A stretch of 63,308 nucleotides of DNA, filler included, from Choristocarpus tenellus KU-1152 (Eukaryota; Protista; Phaeophyceae): assembly GCA_964200185.2 (NCBI GenBank). It is 10 parts of 10 records of this genome, joined end to end, with 100 filler letters (N's around TTAATTAATTAA, not from the genome) between each part and the next. Parts side by side here need not be neighbours in the genome. Positions count along the whole stretch, not along the records: positions 1 to 5,801 come from CAXNAD020009721.1; positions 5,902 to 12,838 come from CAXNAD020007014.1; positions 12,939 to 19,181 come from CAXNAD020008588.1; 7 more parts are not named here. One strand, given 5' to 3'. Shown here piece after piece: positions 1 to 13,412 of the stretch. How positions within the stretch are numbered: position 1 is the stretch's first letter; each line of letters starts with the position of its first letter. A program made the position numbers and the translations under genes. The notes under the pieces are model-generated. The model was not told where the DNA came from. It saw only the letters and a program-made list of their open reading frames with translations, and ran no database searches.

Positions 1-59
1 GTGGATGTGGGAGTTGCACGGGGAAGTTGGGGGTGTATTAGGTGGGTATGGTGGAGCAG

Positions 60-430
60 GGGTGAAGTGGCGATGGGGGTATTGGCGCAGACGATGTCCA
101 GGCTGGTGGCAGTGGTGGCAAGGATGGGCTTGGGCACAGTGGAAGCAGACTTGGCTGTGGAGAACATCGTCCGGAGAGGATTGGTGCCCACAGGCAGGAG
201 TTGCTGATGGTCCCACCAAATCCTTTGGAGTTCAGTCTTGGCCCAGTAGAGTCGGAGGAGTCACTGGTCAGGATCCTCGTCAGGTTCCATCACGGACAGT
301 TCCAACCAGTGGTGAACAGCATGCATCTCTTGTTCAGTGGGTGCCTCATATTTGGTTGTCTGAGTATGCCAAGCAGAGAGGCCATCGTTGGGGTTGTTGT
401 CATCGCGCTGTTGTCATACATGTAGAGGGT
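60..430 (-). mobile_element. Degenerate Copia-type LTR-retrotransposon gag remnant (gag_2/UBN2-like region plus decayed zinc knuckle)
   Basis: Minus strand reads DGLSAWHTQTTKYEAPTEQEMHAVHHWLELSVMEPDEDPDQ*LLRLYWAKTELQRI, resembling the Copia gag 'AW..L..KYE...M...EDP..Y..R' pattern. After a frameshift it reads CHHCHQPGHRLRQYP, a decayed CX2CX4HX4C. Internal stop and frameshift present. Confidence 0.55.
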
Positions 431-2635
431 CTTGGGCCGATATGTGGCGAGAAAGGGAGTATGCCAAACATCTGGTCGCGGGGTTCCTCAATGGTAGATG
501 TGACGGCGGTTTTAGTGTGCGTCGCTCTGTTGTCGTTGGGGGACAAGTATAAAACCCCTACGAGCACTGTTGCTTGATGTAAGATTGTTTGGTTGAAGAG
601 ATAAGCGCGCTTATATACAAAAAGAGAGGAATTTCTGGTTATCCCTACACTCTCTTATATTGAGTGTTGATGTTCTTGCTCTTGCTTTTGTTCTTGTTCT
701 TTTTATTCTCCTCGTTCTTTTTCTTGATCTTTTTCATGGTATTATTATCATTGTCATCATATTACTATATCGAATTTAACGTAGAAAAAGAGTTGCCCCC
801 TGCCCATTTTGAGGACAAATCGGAGACTGTCGCCATCCATTTTGGACTCCTTCACACATAACTACCCAACCAATTTTGGATGATACAGAGTGAACAAGGG
901 AAGAACAAGGGAAGAACAGTTTTTTCCTAGCTCTAGTTTGGGTATAATAAAATTGAGAGGGTCGGGTGATGGTCTGACTCAGGTGAAGTCCTTGTGAGGG
1001 GTCAGTTGAGGAGTTCAGAAAATGGGGCTGGACCAAGCCGTGCGCTCGCCTGCTAAAATGCGACTGCAGTGTGAAGCCCTACATATTTTCAGAGTATTAT
1101 AATAGATTTTGTTGGAAGGCCTCCAAGATAAGATGAACATGATATATATTGAGTTGGGGGTAGACTCCTCAGACATGGCCGGACCCATGTTTAAATGGGG
1201 ACGACCTCTCACCTTTTCGGGGGGGCATCATGATTGATTGCCATATTCGTGTGAGCCTCTCGGACATCACAAGGTGTGGTGTCAAGTACACAAGTCTTTA
1301 ATTCTCCTATACATTGTGAGGGCTTCGCCAGTTACGCAGCGAAAATCGATTTTTGAGAGACATGGGTGCATTCTATGGGTTCGATGCCCATCTTTGTGAC
1401 AACAGTAACGAATATGTATTGGTTGGGCTATTATGACAAAAAGTATGTAGTAGAAGAGGAGAAGATCAATAAATGTGTGAAAATGAAATGACGTATGCCT
1501 TACATCATAACCTGATAAGTTGTGTTTTGAGCATAGCAACTAATGGACATAACAAAAAATAAGGATCTACTTTAGCCAGGAACCACCTCCTGGTATAGTG
1601 TGTTAACCCATGTTTCATCCTTGTGTTCGTGTTGGAGAGGGTGTGTATCTTCATAAAAATGTTGTAAGTGCTGCACCTATACATTCCGTATATCACCATA
1701 GTATTATTACTCCAGCTCAAGCTAGCTGTGGTGACACTTCCCTGGATGTTGTCAACATGTCAGAACATTTGATTAGTAGGCCTTAATTGATGGTATGCAG
1801 TGATCAATGTATACTGGGTAGTAGCTGAAAGTTGCACATCTCTGACCTCGATGGATTCCATGCAATGGTTCATATCTCTCCTTTGGACAACTAAGTGCCA
1901 GGCTTGCCAGAGGGAAAGCAAGTTCTTGTGAAGAAACATGAGTGGGAAACTCAATTTTTTTTTATTATTGAAATAGTTGGAAACTGCACATACTTTTCTC
2001 CATGAACTCTGGTGGCCAAGAGACATAGCCTTCATACACTAGTTCCGACTATAGGTATGCTCTCAATCAACTGATGATTCTTTGATAGATATATAGTACT
2101 ATCACCTACCGCCATGCAAATGAACAACTCTGACATTCACCATCCCATTACACTATTCCTAACATCAGACTGTAGAACAAAGTGTACACAAAACTATGAT
2201 CTCAAATGCCTTCAACACAGCATACAACAGTAGTGAAGGGTGCCCAATATTACAGTTGAACCTCAGGGATAAGGTCATTTCAGGGCTATGTCACCATTGA
2301 ACAAAGCCCTATATATATCACTAAAAAATTAATCTAAAAACACTTAATGGGTGACAGGATATGACTAAACCAACTAATATCTTGTGTGCATTATGCTATT
2401 TATTAGGACTATGAACTTGGTTACAAATTCTCATGTACTTGCATTAAGATAAAGGAAGGGACTGGAAAATTGTAGGTGCTTGTGAAAGAAAAACCTGTTG
2501 CGCTACTCCTCTATACCCAAACCCAACCTAAAAAGTGAATGTCCCACTTCTCAGCTCTTTCCCTCACAAAGGAACATATATAGCACAACCCCTAATGCAC
2601 ATGCCTAGGGCTTCCCCCACCACCCTCCCTATTCC

Positions 2636-4280
2636 CTACACGACTGCTGCATCATAGCTCACACTTGCACCATTATGGCCCACAAGTTGGGTGCGCTCCC
2701 CTCCACTGTCCACACCCTCAGGGATAGCTTTGACACCCTCGGTAACAGTCTTGACATAGGGGTTCATCTCAGGAACAAAAAGATTGTCCACATACTGCAG
2801 GTCTGTTCTGTCCTTTTGTGTTGGGATAAATATAGAATTGCGGGTCACAAAGAGAGCAACCAGTGCAGCAGACAATACTGGTGCGGCCACATCTGGGCAA
2901 CCACACAGGGCGGTAAGGATGAGAGGGGTGGCTAGGGGTGTACGGGTGATAGCGGTGTTGAGACCCGAAGCCATACACATGCATATCAGGACAGGGGTGA
3001 CTTGGACGTACTCATTCAGCCACTGAGGGAGAAGAACATATATGGCTCGTCCAATTGACCCCCCAGCGAGGAACAAGGGGAAGATGAAACCTCCCTGTCA
3101 ATAATTTCCATTCATTAAGTTGACCGATTGAAAGCATTAAAGCGACCGGAAAAGGCAGGAAAACAAGAACATGAGGAGGGAAAGGCAACAATACAGGCGA
3201 AGAGGTTGGGGGGAGGGGGGGGAGGAGTATAAGTGAGATATTCAAAGACTTACAGTGTGCGGAGAGGTGCTGTGTGATATGTACAGGAGCTTTGCCGAAT
3301 GTCCATGCTGAGAGGATGGAGCATTGCTGAGGAGTAGGGTCAGTTCTGCTCTGTGAAAGTTAACACCAAGGGAATCTTCCTGCCCTTAGTACTAAAGTTT
3401 GTTCTGCAATCATTCCATACCACCCACACAGACCGAATGTCCTACAGGGCTCCACATGGTCGCTGTTGGTGTACAACACACAACGCTCTCGCATTATGTT
3501 CATGGTATGATGGTTGACAGTTTAAGTGTAGTAACAATACCAACCTAGGAAAACACCTACAATATTATAAAGCCCCCTATCTTCATCCTTCACAAGAATG
3601 AAGATGTAGTCAACGAGGTATCAACAAGTGAAGGTATTGAATATATCACGACAGTCACATCAGAGAGACCCCACATGTGGTAATTGTGAAACTATGTTGT
3701 ATTTGGAAAACAGAGTGAACATCATTGCTGCTGCAGGGCCCCAAAGGACCAGCTGCATATTAAAACGTATTCCTGCTTAGGGTCTCCTGGCAGAGTGCTG
3801 CACAGCTCAGAACATTTCTGGAAAATAAAGCTCACTGCTTTACCAGCTATCTCAACGCCCAATAAATCGATGTTGCAGAAAAAATGCCACAACACACTAG
3901 CAACCAACTTGTGGTGCAACAATGCAGTTTCCTTGAAATTAAGATAGGTACAAACTGTCAATGATTGAGATAATACGGTTCTTATAATTTTACAGACTGT
4001 TTCTAAGAGAGAGAGCAACAAGAATCACACATTCCTGTTAAGTGTTCAGATCACCCCACTACACATAGCAAACATTCCTTCTTCACTTTTCCTCACAAAT
4101 ACAACATTTCTACAAGTATTCTCTTGCATCGAGATGAAGCATATGTGCATCTTGAACAATACTCACCCGAAAGCCAGAGTGGACACTGATGCTGATTGAG
4201 AGTAGTTTAGCAAAGCCCACTGCCAAATACATCGGTGCAGAATCCCAAGGGAAGATATCCATACCATAAAATAGGCCCCC
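2636..4280 (-). CDS. CLC-family (voltage-gated chloride channel / Cl-/H+ antiporter) gene, last two exons; 5' part not found in this contig
   Basis: Exons 4167-4280 and 2636-3094 (GT-AG, phase 0) join to give GGLFYGMDIFPWDSAPMYLAVGFAKLLSISISVHSGFR|GGFIFPLFLAGGSIGRAI...CMASGLNTAITRTPLATPLILTAL...VALFVTRNSIFIPTQKDR. This contains the CLC motifs 'GFRGGxIFP' and 'TRTP'. Stop codon at 2636-2638. Confidence 0.88.
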
Positions 4281-5801
4281 CTGTAGTACAATAAACATGC
4301 AAATACAAATGTAGTGCTTGCTAATATTCTAGTGTGGAGGTGAAAGTATAAAAGAGAATAGGAGGCATTCAACTAAGTGACAAGATATCTGTAACTAGCA
4401 GCAGCAGCCTATCACAGATCTTTGATGAAGTGCAGAGCCCCAGGCGGGCAAGTAACAGGAGTAGCAAATGGAGACAAAGCAATGGGCCTGGGATAAGCTT
4501 GCCGGTCTGGTGCCCTGGTGATAATGCAGTATCCTTTGCCTCACAATTGTGAAGTGGGACCAGGCACAATTGCACCACAGAGGACATACTTTACACTAAC
4601 TCTAACATTGTAGGTGATGTACCCATTCCCATGTACCCAGAAGATCAGAGATGGCATTGCGGAGGCCAACTGATACTATAGTTGGAGCGATCTCTGAAAC
4701 TCTGAGCGTTGAAAGGAAGAATTGCTTCACAATGGTGCAATTGATAACTTCTTCTCCACTTGAGTTGTCAAAACATCTCTTGACTGTGATCCATTGGATA
4801 CAGCACGATCTTCTCGAGTCTCACATGGCTCTCAACCACTGTGCCACATAGGAAATTCAGGTTGCCCATATCCACGATATTGACAACTAGACCATTGAAA
4901 CAATAAAACCTGGGGTTGATTAAACATTTGCAATGAGTAGTGAAGGTGGCTACATTAAGCCATCAAGCAGCTCTTCAGATAGTCTAACGAAGTGGTTTAA
5001 AATCAAACCAATACCCAAAATTATTAGCCTACATCAACAACATAGTCCCTGTGAAAACTTAGACTGCTCCCATCATAAGAGAAACCAGGCCATCTGCTTT
5101 AACAATTATAACCCCATAGCAGTGACTCAATTTCTGAAGCATCACAACGATTTGGCATCATGTGCCTGTCTGCTTTAAATTGAGCTTTACCGTTGTAGTC
5201 CATTTCCCACAGGACTTGAACTACTTCACCAGTATTGTTCAGTTATTTCATTACAACTTCTTGTGCTTGACTATCACTTAACAATTTCTGGGGCAATGAA
5301 TGCATGTCGATGGAGAACAGTGCATCCTATTCCCAGCAAAAGCACCCCAAAGTGTACTGATACACCTGTGTCATTTCCTAATCGATCATACATACACTGC
5401 ACAATAGAGTATATAAAATACCATCAGCACAGAGATGGTCGAGTCAATTAAATGTACTAATGGTTTATACACTCACTAATGTTTATGGAGATGGGGTGAT
5501 ATGTAACAACAAAGTGTTTTATGGGGCTAGTACCTAACGATCAGTGGCAAAAGATTTATCTCATTATGAGCTCTAGGTGATCTTGGCATTGCCAGCAATT
5601 GTGTCAAATTTTCAAAAAGTAAAAAAAGATACAGTATATGAACTTCAAAGTATCAAGAAAATAAAAAACAATGTCCATCCAAACGAAAGATAACTTCTCC
5701 AATATTCGCTGAAAAAGTGAACAATACAATTGGTTTTTTCATTCAGAATCTGGAGGCGGGTCAAAGTATCTGGGGGGGGGGTGTCGGCGTCCGTTTTTCA
5801 C

Positions 5802-5901
5802 NNNNNNNNNNNNNNNNNNNNNNNNNNNNNNNNNNNNNNNNNNNNTTAATTAATTAANNNNNNNNNNNNNNNNNNNNNNNNNNNNNNNNNNNNNNNNNNN
5901 N
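5802..5901. other. Artificial contig linker N44-TTAATTAATTAA-N44 (also at 12839-12938, 19182-19281, 27167-27266, 36918-37017, 40077-40176, 48401-48500, 52403-52502, 58383-58482)
   Basis: Identical 100-bp spacer occurring nine times. TTAATTAATTAA places stop codons in all six frames, a standard concatenation device. Confidence 0.97.
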
Positions 5902-8900
5902 CGAATGTTCCGCATTATCTTCTGTGTGTACATAAAATAATACTTCAAATCATATTCTCACAAATGGTCAAGCATAATCTTGACATGGACAAATCAAAGT
6001 CGGTTGGTTTGTGAACATATCAGCGGAGTTTGATGGAAGATTTGCCTCACACCACTATTGGAAATAACAATGGGTACAACTGATTGGGAGCACAAAAGGA
6101 GTTTAATCCTAGTTCTTTGATTGGGCATATATGCCCCAGCGCGCATAACTGAAATTGTGACAGGAATAGCCATTGATTTGTCGGAAATAGATTTGTACGC
6201 CCAAATCAGATCTGATATGTCGGACATGTGGACACGTTTTGGGAATATAGTACAATTGTGAATTAGGAGAATTCATGAGCATAGGAAAAAAATCGGTTAG
6301 AAAAAAATCGATTCATTCAATTCACTCAAAGCTTGCACATGAAAGCGCATTGAGCACCAGCGGCATGTACTACCTTGTGCAATTTGAACTTGCACTAGTT
6401 CCTTTGCTCTTGCTCCATTGCCAGAACCATCTCTTGTACTTACTGGGAGGAACTATCCTTGGCCATGTTTGCTCAAGAAGGTCTGCTCACTGGCATATTC
6501 TACAGATGGAAGGACCTGATACCCAGCAGATGTATCCTCGAAGTGTCCAGAGACAAAGTATCCACATCCATCAGGCAGATTCATAGCCAGAGATAGGTAT
6601 TCTTGTACTCTGAATGGCGAGAAGTTAGACCAGTCAGCAGGGTCCCAAGTCGTGTGGCTTCTGGTGAAATTAGACAGACGATACTCCCTGAACAATCAAA
6701 AACGATGTTCTTCGATTACGATGTCGAATATTTCTCGATCAATTGGATCAAGTTAATAAATCGTTGTGATTCACAACCCTAGAATGTACTCTAAAATACT
6801 GGATATGTATATATATATATGTATCCATATTCTTCTACTGTTGGGTTGATGCCGCATCAGAAATCATTTCACCAGCATCAATTTGAAGGGTTGTAGGGAA
6901 GAGGGGGACTAGAGGTGGGATGACTGAAACCCAAAATGTGAAAAAAAGGCATGGCACACTTGGAGGCAGTGCAATAGTTGTAGTGCGACTGTTAGTTAGC
7001 TCGTAGATAATGAGGTGTAGTGCAGCGTGTAGGGCCTCTGATGATGGGTTGGACTAGTGGTCCCAGACTAAATTGCACAAAATACATATGGTGACCATTA
7101 CTTATGGATTACTAACTAATGTGTGTGTCACAGGGGTGGAGCTGACAACTATTTGTCAAAGGCAGTGGTAAGGGATCAATATTTGAAGAGAAAAGTGTGC
7201 ATGCATCCAGTTCATCTTCTAAGTTTTTTTATATTAATTTGTAGGTCGATCCAACTGTACCATGTGCTTCCATATGCGTATCTGTCTTTGGTGATAATAA
7301 GGAAACCTCCTGACATCGAGTACACTAAGATACTCCCATCCATGTCGAATAGGGAGCTGAGAAAGCTCAGTATTGTTCAGCCTGAGACCATTAACGCAGC
7401 TGGGTACCTGCTAGATTTTACACCTCACTCTCTTGCACCATGTTTCTCGGAGTAGCAAGGCAAGTCAGAGAGCGAGTTGGGTTTGAGATTGGAGGAGGTG
7501 CACAATTGCAATATTGTTCCAATAGAGGTATTTCGATTGTACTTTCCAAACCAAAATTACTTGCACTTTGTGGTAGCAGCAGTATTACATATCTTGTCGC
7601 CCAAGAGTGAGCTACCTTAATGGCTAAGACCCACCACATGGTGCGGTTGAATGCTTGGTCCGATTTTTTCTTAATGGGCACCCCTCTTCCTTTTTTCTCA
7701 TCTGATATATACATGCTGTCATCACGGTATAATCATACATTGAAGCAACATATTCCCGTCCTCGATCGCTCATGCGTAGAGAAAGACAAATGGGTATACC
7801 TGTTGTGCCTAATGAAGGAACAGTGCAGGAGTTTGGAAGTGAATTTGTTGGCGGACTTCAACACGGACACCTTCTCATGACCCCTCAACAATCGTCTCCC
7901 ATGGGACTGGTATCGATTCCATATCTAGGACGGTGAAGGATAGAGTTCAAAGGAAATGATGGTACACCGCTTAGAGGAGAAAGACAAAATTAGAGAGGGT
8001 ACGTCAGCTCCAATTGGGGAAGTTGGACAAGGGAAACAAGGATTGTCAAGGAGATAGTGGGGTGGCGTGCCGTAGGAAGATCGCCATATCCAAAAGTTGA
8101 CAGTCCACAACAGGCAACGGGTTCACAAAACCATCAGAAAAGGAGAGCAGGCTAGCTCTGCCTCATCATGAGGATGTGTGAGGTGTTGAGAGCTAAACCA
8201 ATTGAGAGGCAGGGAGGTTTGGACCCTTTTGCATTCCAAGTCATCATACTTACCCTTTGCAATACACTCTATTTCATTGCATTGTGTGCACAATAGTGCA
8301 CCCCAAATTGATTTCCCCCCCCTTTCCACAAACAAAACGACACCACAATTCAGCAATGGCTCTTTCTGTAATTGAGACAAAGTAAATGAGAGGTGCCCAG
8401 GTCTTGCCCGTTTTGCATCATAACCCAGTTTTTTTTATCTTTCGCAATTCACGAATGCTTCTATGGATGAAGTGCTAAAAGTTTGACACTAGAACCTTCA
8501 TTTCTCTATGTTTGAAAATTTTCGACATAATTCAGAACACATCCCGTATGCATTTTGTAGAATTAGATTAATTTTGTATATCTTTGTGAGCATTCTTAAA
8601 ATGCAACTCTCTCATTAACTTTGACTCAATTGTACAAAATGAAATATTTTTACCCTTTCTAGGGATCCTCAAAATGCAACTCTGCCTACCTATCCGTTGG
8701 TCTGACTCAGAGTATGACAATTGCTGGTATATTCTTACCTCATATTGGCTGACGATGTACCATATGACCCTCAGGAAGTCACTTCACTATCATTCATTTT
8801 GTCTGCACCTCAACAATAAATGATGTTGAGTTCTAAAGATGTGGGGTTGATCAGAGCAGCACCTCTCCTTGGGGAATGGCGCCATGTTTTTGTGCCACTT

Positions 8901-9137
8901 GCTAGTGCTTTGAGTAGCTTTGGGATATGGTCCTCCTATGCATGTGTGGTACAAAGAGATCATTGCCTTCATATAGATGGACACCTCAACCAAGGTGAGG
9001 TACAACCACAGTGATACTGCCATATGTGTATGTCGAATTACTTTGCACCCATTTGAGGCATTCTTAGCCATGGAGGGTAGCAATGAGCTCGTACTGAAAA
9101 TAATGAGCATGCACAAATTTGCGTTCATTTCACAGCT

Positions 9138-10454
9138 TCATCTCTGACTCAAATGCTCGTACAGTTGCGTCACTTTAGAAGGTGCCCACACCTCACCAAA
9201 TGTGAGGCGAACAAACCGAGGCAGTCCTGATATATCCCTCATCCATTCAAATCTCGTTACTCCTGCCTGTGCTGCCACTATACCCTCCTCCTTTTCCAGC
9301 CATTTCTTTAATAGGGAAGGGTGTGATTCATCAACTTCCATCCAGAGCTCACGAGGACCTCCACTGCGCAGTAGGCAAGGACATCGCAAGATGATGTCCC
9401 TGACAATATCAAGGCCATCCTCCCCCCCATGCAATGCCCCCCGGGCTTCATAGTTGACCACATCTGGCATCAGATGTTCCATGTCGGCACTGGGGATGTA
9501 AGGGGGGTTGCTCACCACAAAATCAAATCCAGACCTTAGGCCATACTTGTTGGTAGACCCCTCACTCCCACCGTCAATGAGATCCAAACCAAATTCTGCA
9601 GCCCTGGCATGGAAACAATTGTACCGATCCAAAACCCCTACCCGTTCCGCATTGCGCAGAGACAGATTGACGGCGACCTCATCAACGTCAATAGCTACAC
9701 CCCTTGCTTCAGGAAGTGCCTTCAGCAAGGCCAGACCGATCGCTCCTGTTCCCGATCCGATGTCCAAGAAGCGAAGGCCATCATGATATTTTGCAGCCTT
9801 TGGTTCTACATCCCCTTCAAGCCAACAAAGGACTTTCTCCACCAGTTCCTCTGTCTCGGGTCGAGGGATGAGAATGGGAGGTTGCATAATCAATGAGAGG
9901 TCGTGGAAGTCCCACTCTCCAACAAGGTATTGTACTGGAGTATGCTCAGCCCGCAGCCGGCAAAGGCGTGCTAACTCCCCCCATTCAACCGACTCCAGCA
10001 CTACAGGATCTGACCCTTGCTTTTCCGTTCGCATGTCCTGCGGTGAACGGAAGCCAGAAACTTTGGCGAGTAGTTCAGAGGCAGAGGCTTCGGGATCCAC
10101 CACACCACAGTCGTCTAACCATGCAGCTATCTCCGCTAAGGCTGCTTCCACTGTAACCCCCCCCCCGTCAGACAGCTTGATGGGCCAGGGCCTTTCTATC
10201 CCATCTATCCTTCTCACCCCACCCGTATCTCTGCCTGGGGAAGCCATGTGTTCGTCTCGTCGGTCAACTTTTGACCACAAACCTGTTAAGGTTGACACCT
10301 TGGAGGGACGGGAGAACCTAGCACAAAATCGAGGCCTCATTCTCGAGCAACGGGCGAACGTCACAGTATCGAAGATATTCATCGTCACTGGTAGTGTGCC
10401 TGCGAAGCGGCACCATCCTCCGGCGAGCTCCAAGCCCGCAAAAGCCATCCTCAT
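9138..10454 (-). CDS. hemK: Release-factor glutamine N5-methyltransferase (HemK/PrmC family), probably organelle-targeted, intronless
   Basis: 438-aa ORF with TPVQYLVGEWDF, LIPRPETEELVE, SAM-binding LDIGSGTGAIG, catalytic VSNPPYI and ALHGGEDGLD motifs. Arg/Ser-rich N-terminal extension. Confidence 0.93.
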   Translation of the reverse strand: MRMAFAGLELAGGWCRFAGTLPVTMNIFDTVTFARCSRMRPRFCARFSRPSKVSTLTGLWSKVDRRDEHMASPGRDTGGVRRIDGIERPWPIKLSDGGGVTVEAALAEIAAWLDDCGVVDPEASASELLAKVSGFRSPQDMRTEKQGSDPVVLESVEWGELARLCRLRAEHTPVQYLVGEWDFHDLSLIMQPPILIPRPETEELVEKVLCWLEGDVEPKAAKYHDGLRFLDIGSGTGAIGLALLKALPEARGVAIDVDEVAVNLSLRNAERVGVLDRYNCFHARAAEFGLDLIDGGSEGSTNKYGLRSGFDFVVSNPPYIPSADMEHLMPDVVNYEARGALHGGEDGLDIVRDIILRCPCLLRSGGPRELWMEVDESHPSLLKKWLEKEEGIVAAQAGVTRFEWMRDISGLPRFVRLTFGEVWAPSKVTQLYEHLSQR

Positions 10455-10659
10455 CCTAAGTCTCTCACTACCATCTCAATCCTTGTAGGATGGGTGGACG
10501 GATGGATACACAGATCATTTTTTGACCAATTTCAATTTCAAATTTGTGAGTAATGATGACTCGTATGTCCTCCAATGTTGATGATTCCTTTGCTTCCTTG
10601 ATGAAACTAAACTCACCATTCACTCTAATACTACCTATTGTTGTAAAACTGTCATCGAA

Positions 10660-11100
10660 ATGGATACCTCACAAATGAGCAGAACGGCGTTTCTAGTTGG
10701 GTAAAACAGAAGCGAATACAAAGCAAGATCTCCTCTAATAATCTACTTCCAAATTATTACTTCTTCAGTCCTCTCTCTGGTGATGTACGTTTGTCGTTTG
10801 TTTGTGGCCCATGGGACAGAAAATAGACAGTTATCAATAGTTCCAGTCCTTCCCGTTAGTATTGACTCCACACATTTGTACGAATGTCTTTTCGATGTAA
10901 AAGTTTTGCTCTTCTGTCTTCCCGCTCGCTACCTTTTCCTCTTGATGCCTTTTTTACTGCTAACAGTTGTCCCCACACCCAGACGTGGCGCGATGGGTTT
11001 CGCAACAAGGAGGGTGCAAAAAAGAAGAGAGCTGCTGATCTTCTCCCAGCAGATATCAGAGGCTTGTCTTGGATTAGACATGGATCGTGTCATCATTTAT
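10660..11100 (+). CDS. Possible 5' exons of an unknown gene divergent from hemK
   Basis: ATG at 10660. Exon 10660-10700 (GG|gtaaaa), branch-like CTAAC near 10960, acceptor ag at 10981-10982. Phase-consistent splice gives MDTSQMSRTAFLVG-RGAMGFATRRVQKRRELLIFSQQISE (transit-peptide-like). Downstream donor unresolved. Confidence 0.3.
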
Positions 11101-12938
11101 TTTCGAAACGTGAACGTTTTTTTCTTACGCTTTTCCATCTTTACTTACTTAACGCAAACAAACTATGAATAACATGCGAGGCCATAATACCTGGTCTATA
11201 TAGTATACTGACGTCTTTAAGAACAAGGGGGCAACAGTGCACACTACCCACCACCCGCCATACCCTTACGCATTCATCCACCTACTCTGTCGAGTACTCA
11301 GAAGTTATGTTTAATGGAATAAAAACACACAATAATAGGGTAGTACTGATGGGACCACAAAAATAATTTGTTCTCTGCACTGTGCTTTATCTACCATCCA
11401 ATACCACTGGTAGATTGCTATCGAATGATTGATTGGTTAGCCACTTCGAATAATAGTCACACGACTTTCTGCCCAGTGGAACAGTTACTTATCTCAATAA
11501 TTTGACAGGGAAACCCTTCCTTTTGACATTCCTTGGTACGTCACCAATCTAAGAGACTGATATTCGCTAAAGTGTGTTGGGGAACAGAAAGGGCCCTATG
11601 AGTCTACATGCCCCTTTCCCCAACAAGATTATTTCCTCACAAAAATGGATGTATTATGAAAGAAAATATTACACTTACATGTGAATCCTGCAATTCTGTG
11701 GCAGCGTGGTGCAGTAGCAAGGAGAATTCGAGGACAAGACAGATCAGATGGGCCCAGGTAAACTGAAACCGATAGAATAAGGAAAGGTTCGACGAGGACA
11801 GGCAGGTGTGGAGTGAATGGTGGAAGATTCAGACAGGGGGCTCCCAAAAGGGGCCCCTCCACGATTGGTAGCCGTGTAGAGAGTCCATACTCAACAATGA
11901 ACTCTCAAAGAGGCCCCATGGGAGCTTATTGTTGCTCTGGAAATCCTTCACTGTGGAATCAGCGTTCTTGAAAAAATGAGGCCATAAATGGTGCAGATAT
12001 GTACTGTGTGAATAACGGACAACCCTGCCTTTCACATCACCCCTCCTATTCATCGGTCTCAAAGCCATGAAGCATGATTTGGGCCCAATCAAAAAGTTAC
12101 CTCTAGAAGAAAAATGGGACTGAGTGCACGTGATCAGCATAGCCATCAGCCTAGATGCAAAGTACTGTTGACGATATGTGGTCAGCATAGCATCAGGCTC
12201 AGGGCCAGGATCTGATTGCGTGCGATCAGCGTAGCAGTCAGCGAAGATATGCGTTGGTGGTATATGGGGCTAGCATGTTGGTGTCTTGTTCTTGAAAAAG
12301 CAGAGAACACTCCAGAATGGAGAAACGAGGAAAAGAATTAAGACTGTTTATGCATCAGATATTAATGGTTACGTTGACTAGCATATACGCGTGATGCATA
12401 CATGATGCTGACACATGTGTTCATAATAAAAACCACTCTCTAAATGGATATACAAAATCACTTGCTAGTGGTTTACAGCACATGACTCCTTCCTCTCATC
12501 CTGATGCGATTGGTAGTATTATTCACAATAACAAATAATCTAAATGGACACCAGGACTAGAAAACAGTGCTATTGGTGGTCAACTCTAAATATGGTATGA
12601 GGTGACCATACGTACATCACTTTGTATCAAAGGGGTCAATCCGCGCAAAGTCATACATCACTATGCCCACTGACATTTTGCAGATATAGTCATGTAGGGA
12701 AAAAATAGGACTTTTCATTGAGCAGGGGAGTTACCATGTTCACTGTCAGCTGTATCGTCGCGGAACAGTCCGTGGCCTGGTCATGTTGAAACTGTCAGAC
12801 CCAAAGTATCTGGGGGGGGGGGGGTCTACACCAGGGTGNNNNNNNNNNNNNNNNNNNNNNNNNNNNNNNNNNNNNNNNNNNNTTAATTAATTAANNNNNN
12901 NNNNNNNNNNNNNNNNNNNNNNNNNNNNNNNNNNNNNN

Positions 12939-13412
12939 GCCTTATTCCCGCTTGATGGGAAAGACTGCAAAGTTGGGGGAAATGACCTCCCTGCGTGGGG
13001 TGATCTCCAAGTGTGCAACTCTCGATCAGGGGCCTTCCGTTCGATCTCTCTTGACGACCAAGAAGAACAGTGCATTCGGCTGCTTCATGTGGCCAACAAC
13101 AACCAGCTCAAGTGCATGCTTTCGCCTGGAACGGAGGTGTGTGGGCCGGGCGCAGAGCTCTACTTATGCGTGGCAGCCACTTGCCCTCTCTACTACATGT
13201 GTTGGACCGAGAAGGCAGACGACGTCAACATTGAATTCACGTCAAAAGTTCCGCAGAGCGGAAGCCGTGACGAGGTCCTCCTCCCCTTCTCCCAAGTTGG
13301 CCCCATGCAGATGTTCATCACTCCTGTAGTTGGGAGGGTGTGCAAACCCCGGGCAAAGAATGACACGAGATCACTGTTCAACGTGCTCCTGGGTCTTACA
13401 GTAGTGCGTTAA
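12939..13412 (+). CDS. C-terminal 157 aa of an unknown protein, open from the contig start
   Basis: Frame open from the first base after the linker to TAA at 13410-13412 (ALFPLDGKDCKVGG...SLFNVLLGLTVVR*). GC-richer than its flanks. No family recognised. Confidence 0.5.
   Translation, partial: ALFPLDGKDCKVGGNDLPAWGDLQVCNSRSGAFRSISLDDQEEQCIRLLHVANNNQLKCMLSPGTEVCGPGAELYLCVAATCPLYYMCWTEKADDVNIEFTSKVPQSGSRDEVLLPFSQVGPMQMFITPVVGRVCKPRAKNDTRSLFNVLLGLTVVR

Noticed and set aside
5-577. 190-aa Trp/Gly-rich plus-strand ORF
   Set aside because: Antisense shadow of the decayed Copia gag on the minus strand.
5802-5901. Regularly recurring TTAATTAATTAA palindrome between N-runs
   Set aside because: Artificial contig-joining linker with no biological meaning. 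Adjacency across it implies no linkage.
6254-6783. Possible hAT remnant (TAGGGTTGTG-like end, ASEQTFLSKHG)
   Set aside because: Similarity is too weak and no matching TIR pair or TSD could be confirmed by eye.
9868-10488. 206-aa plus-strand ORF
   Set aside because: Antisense shadow of hemK.
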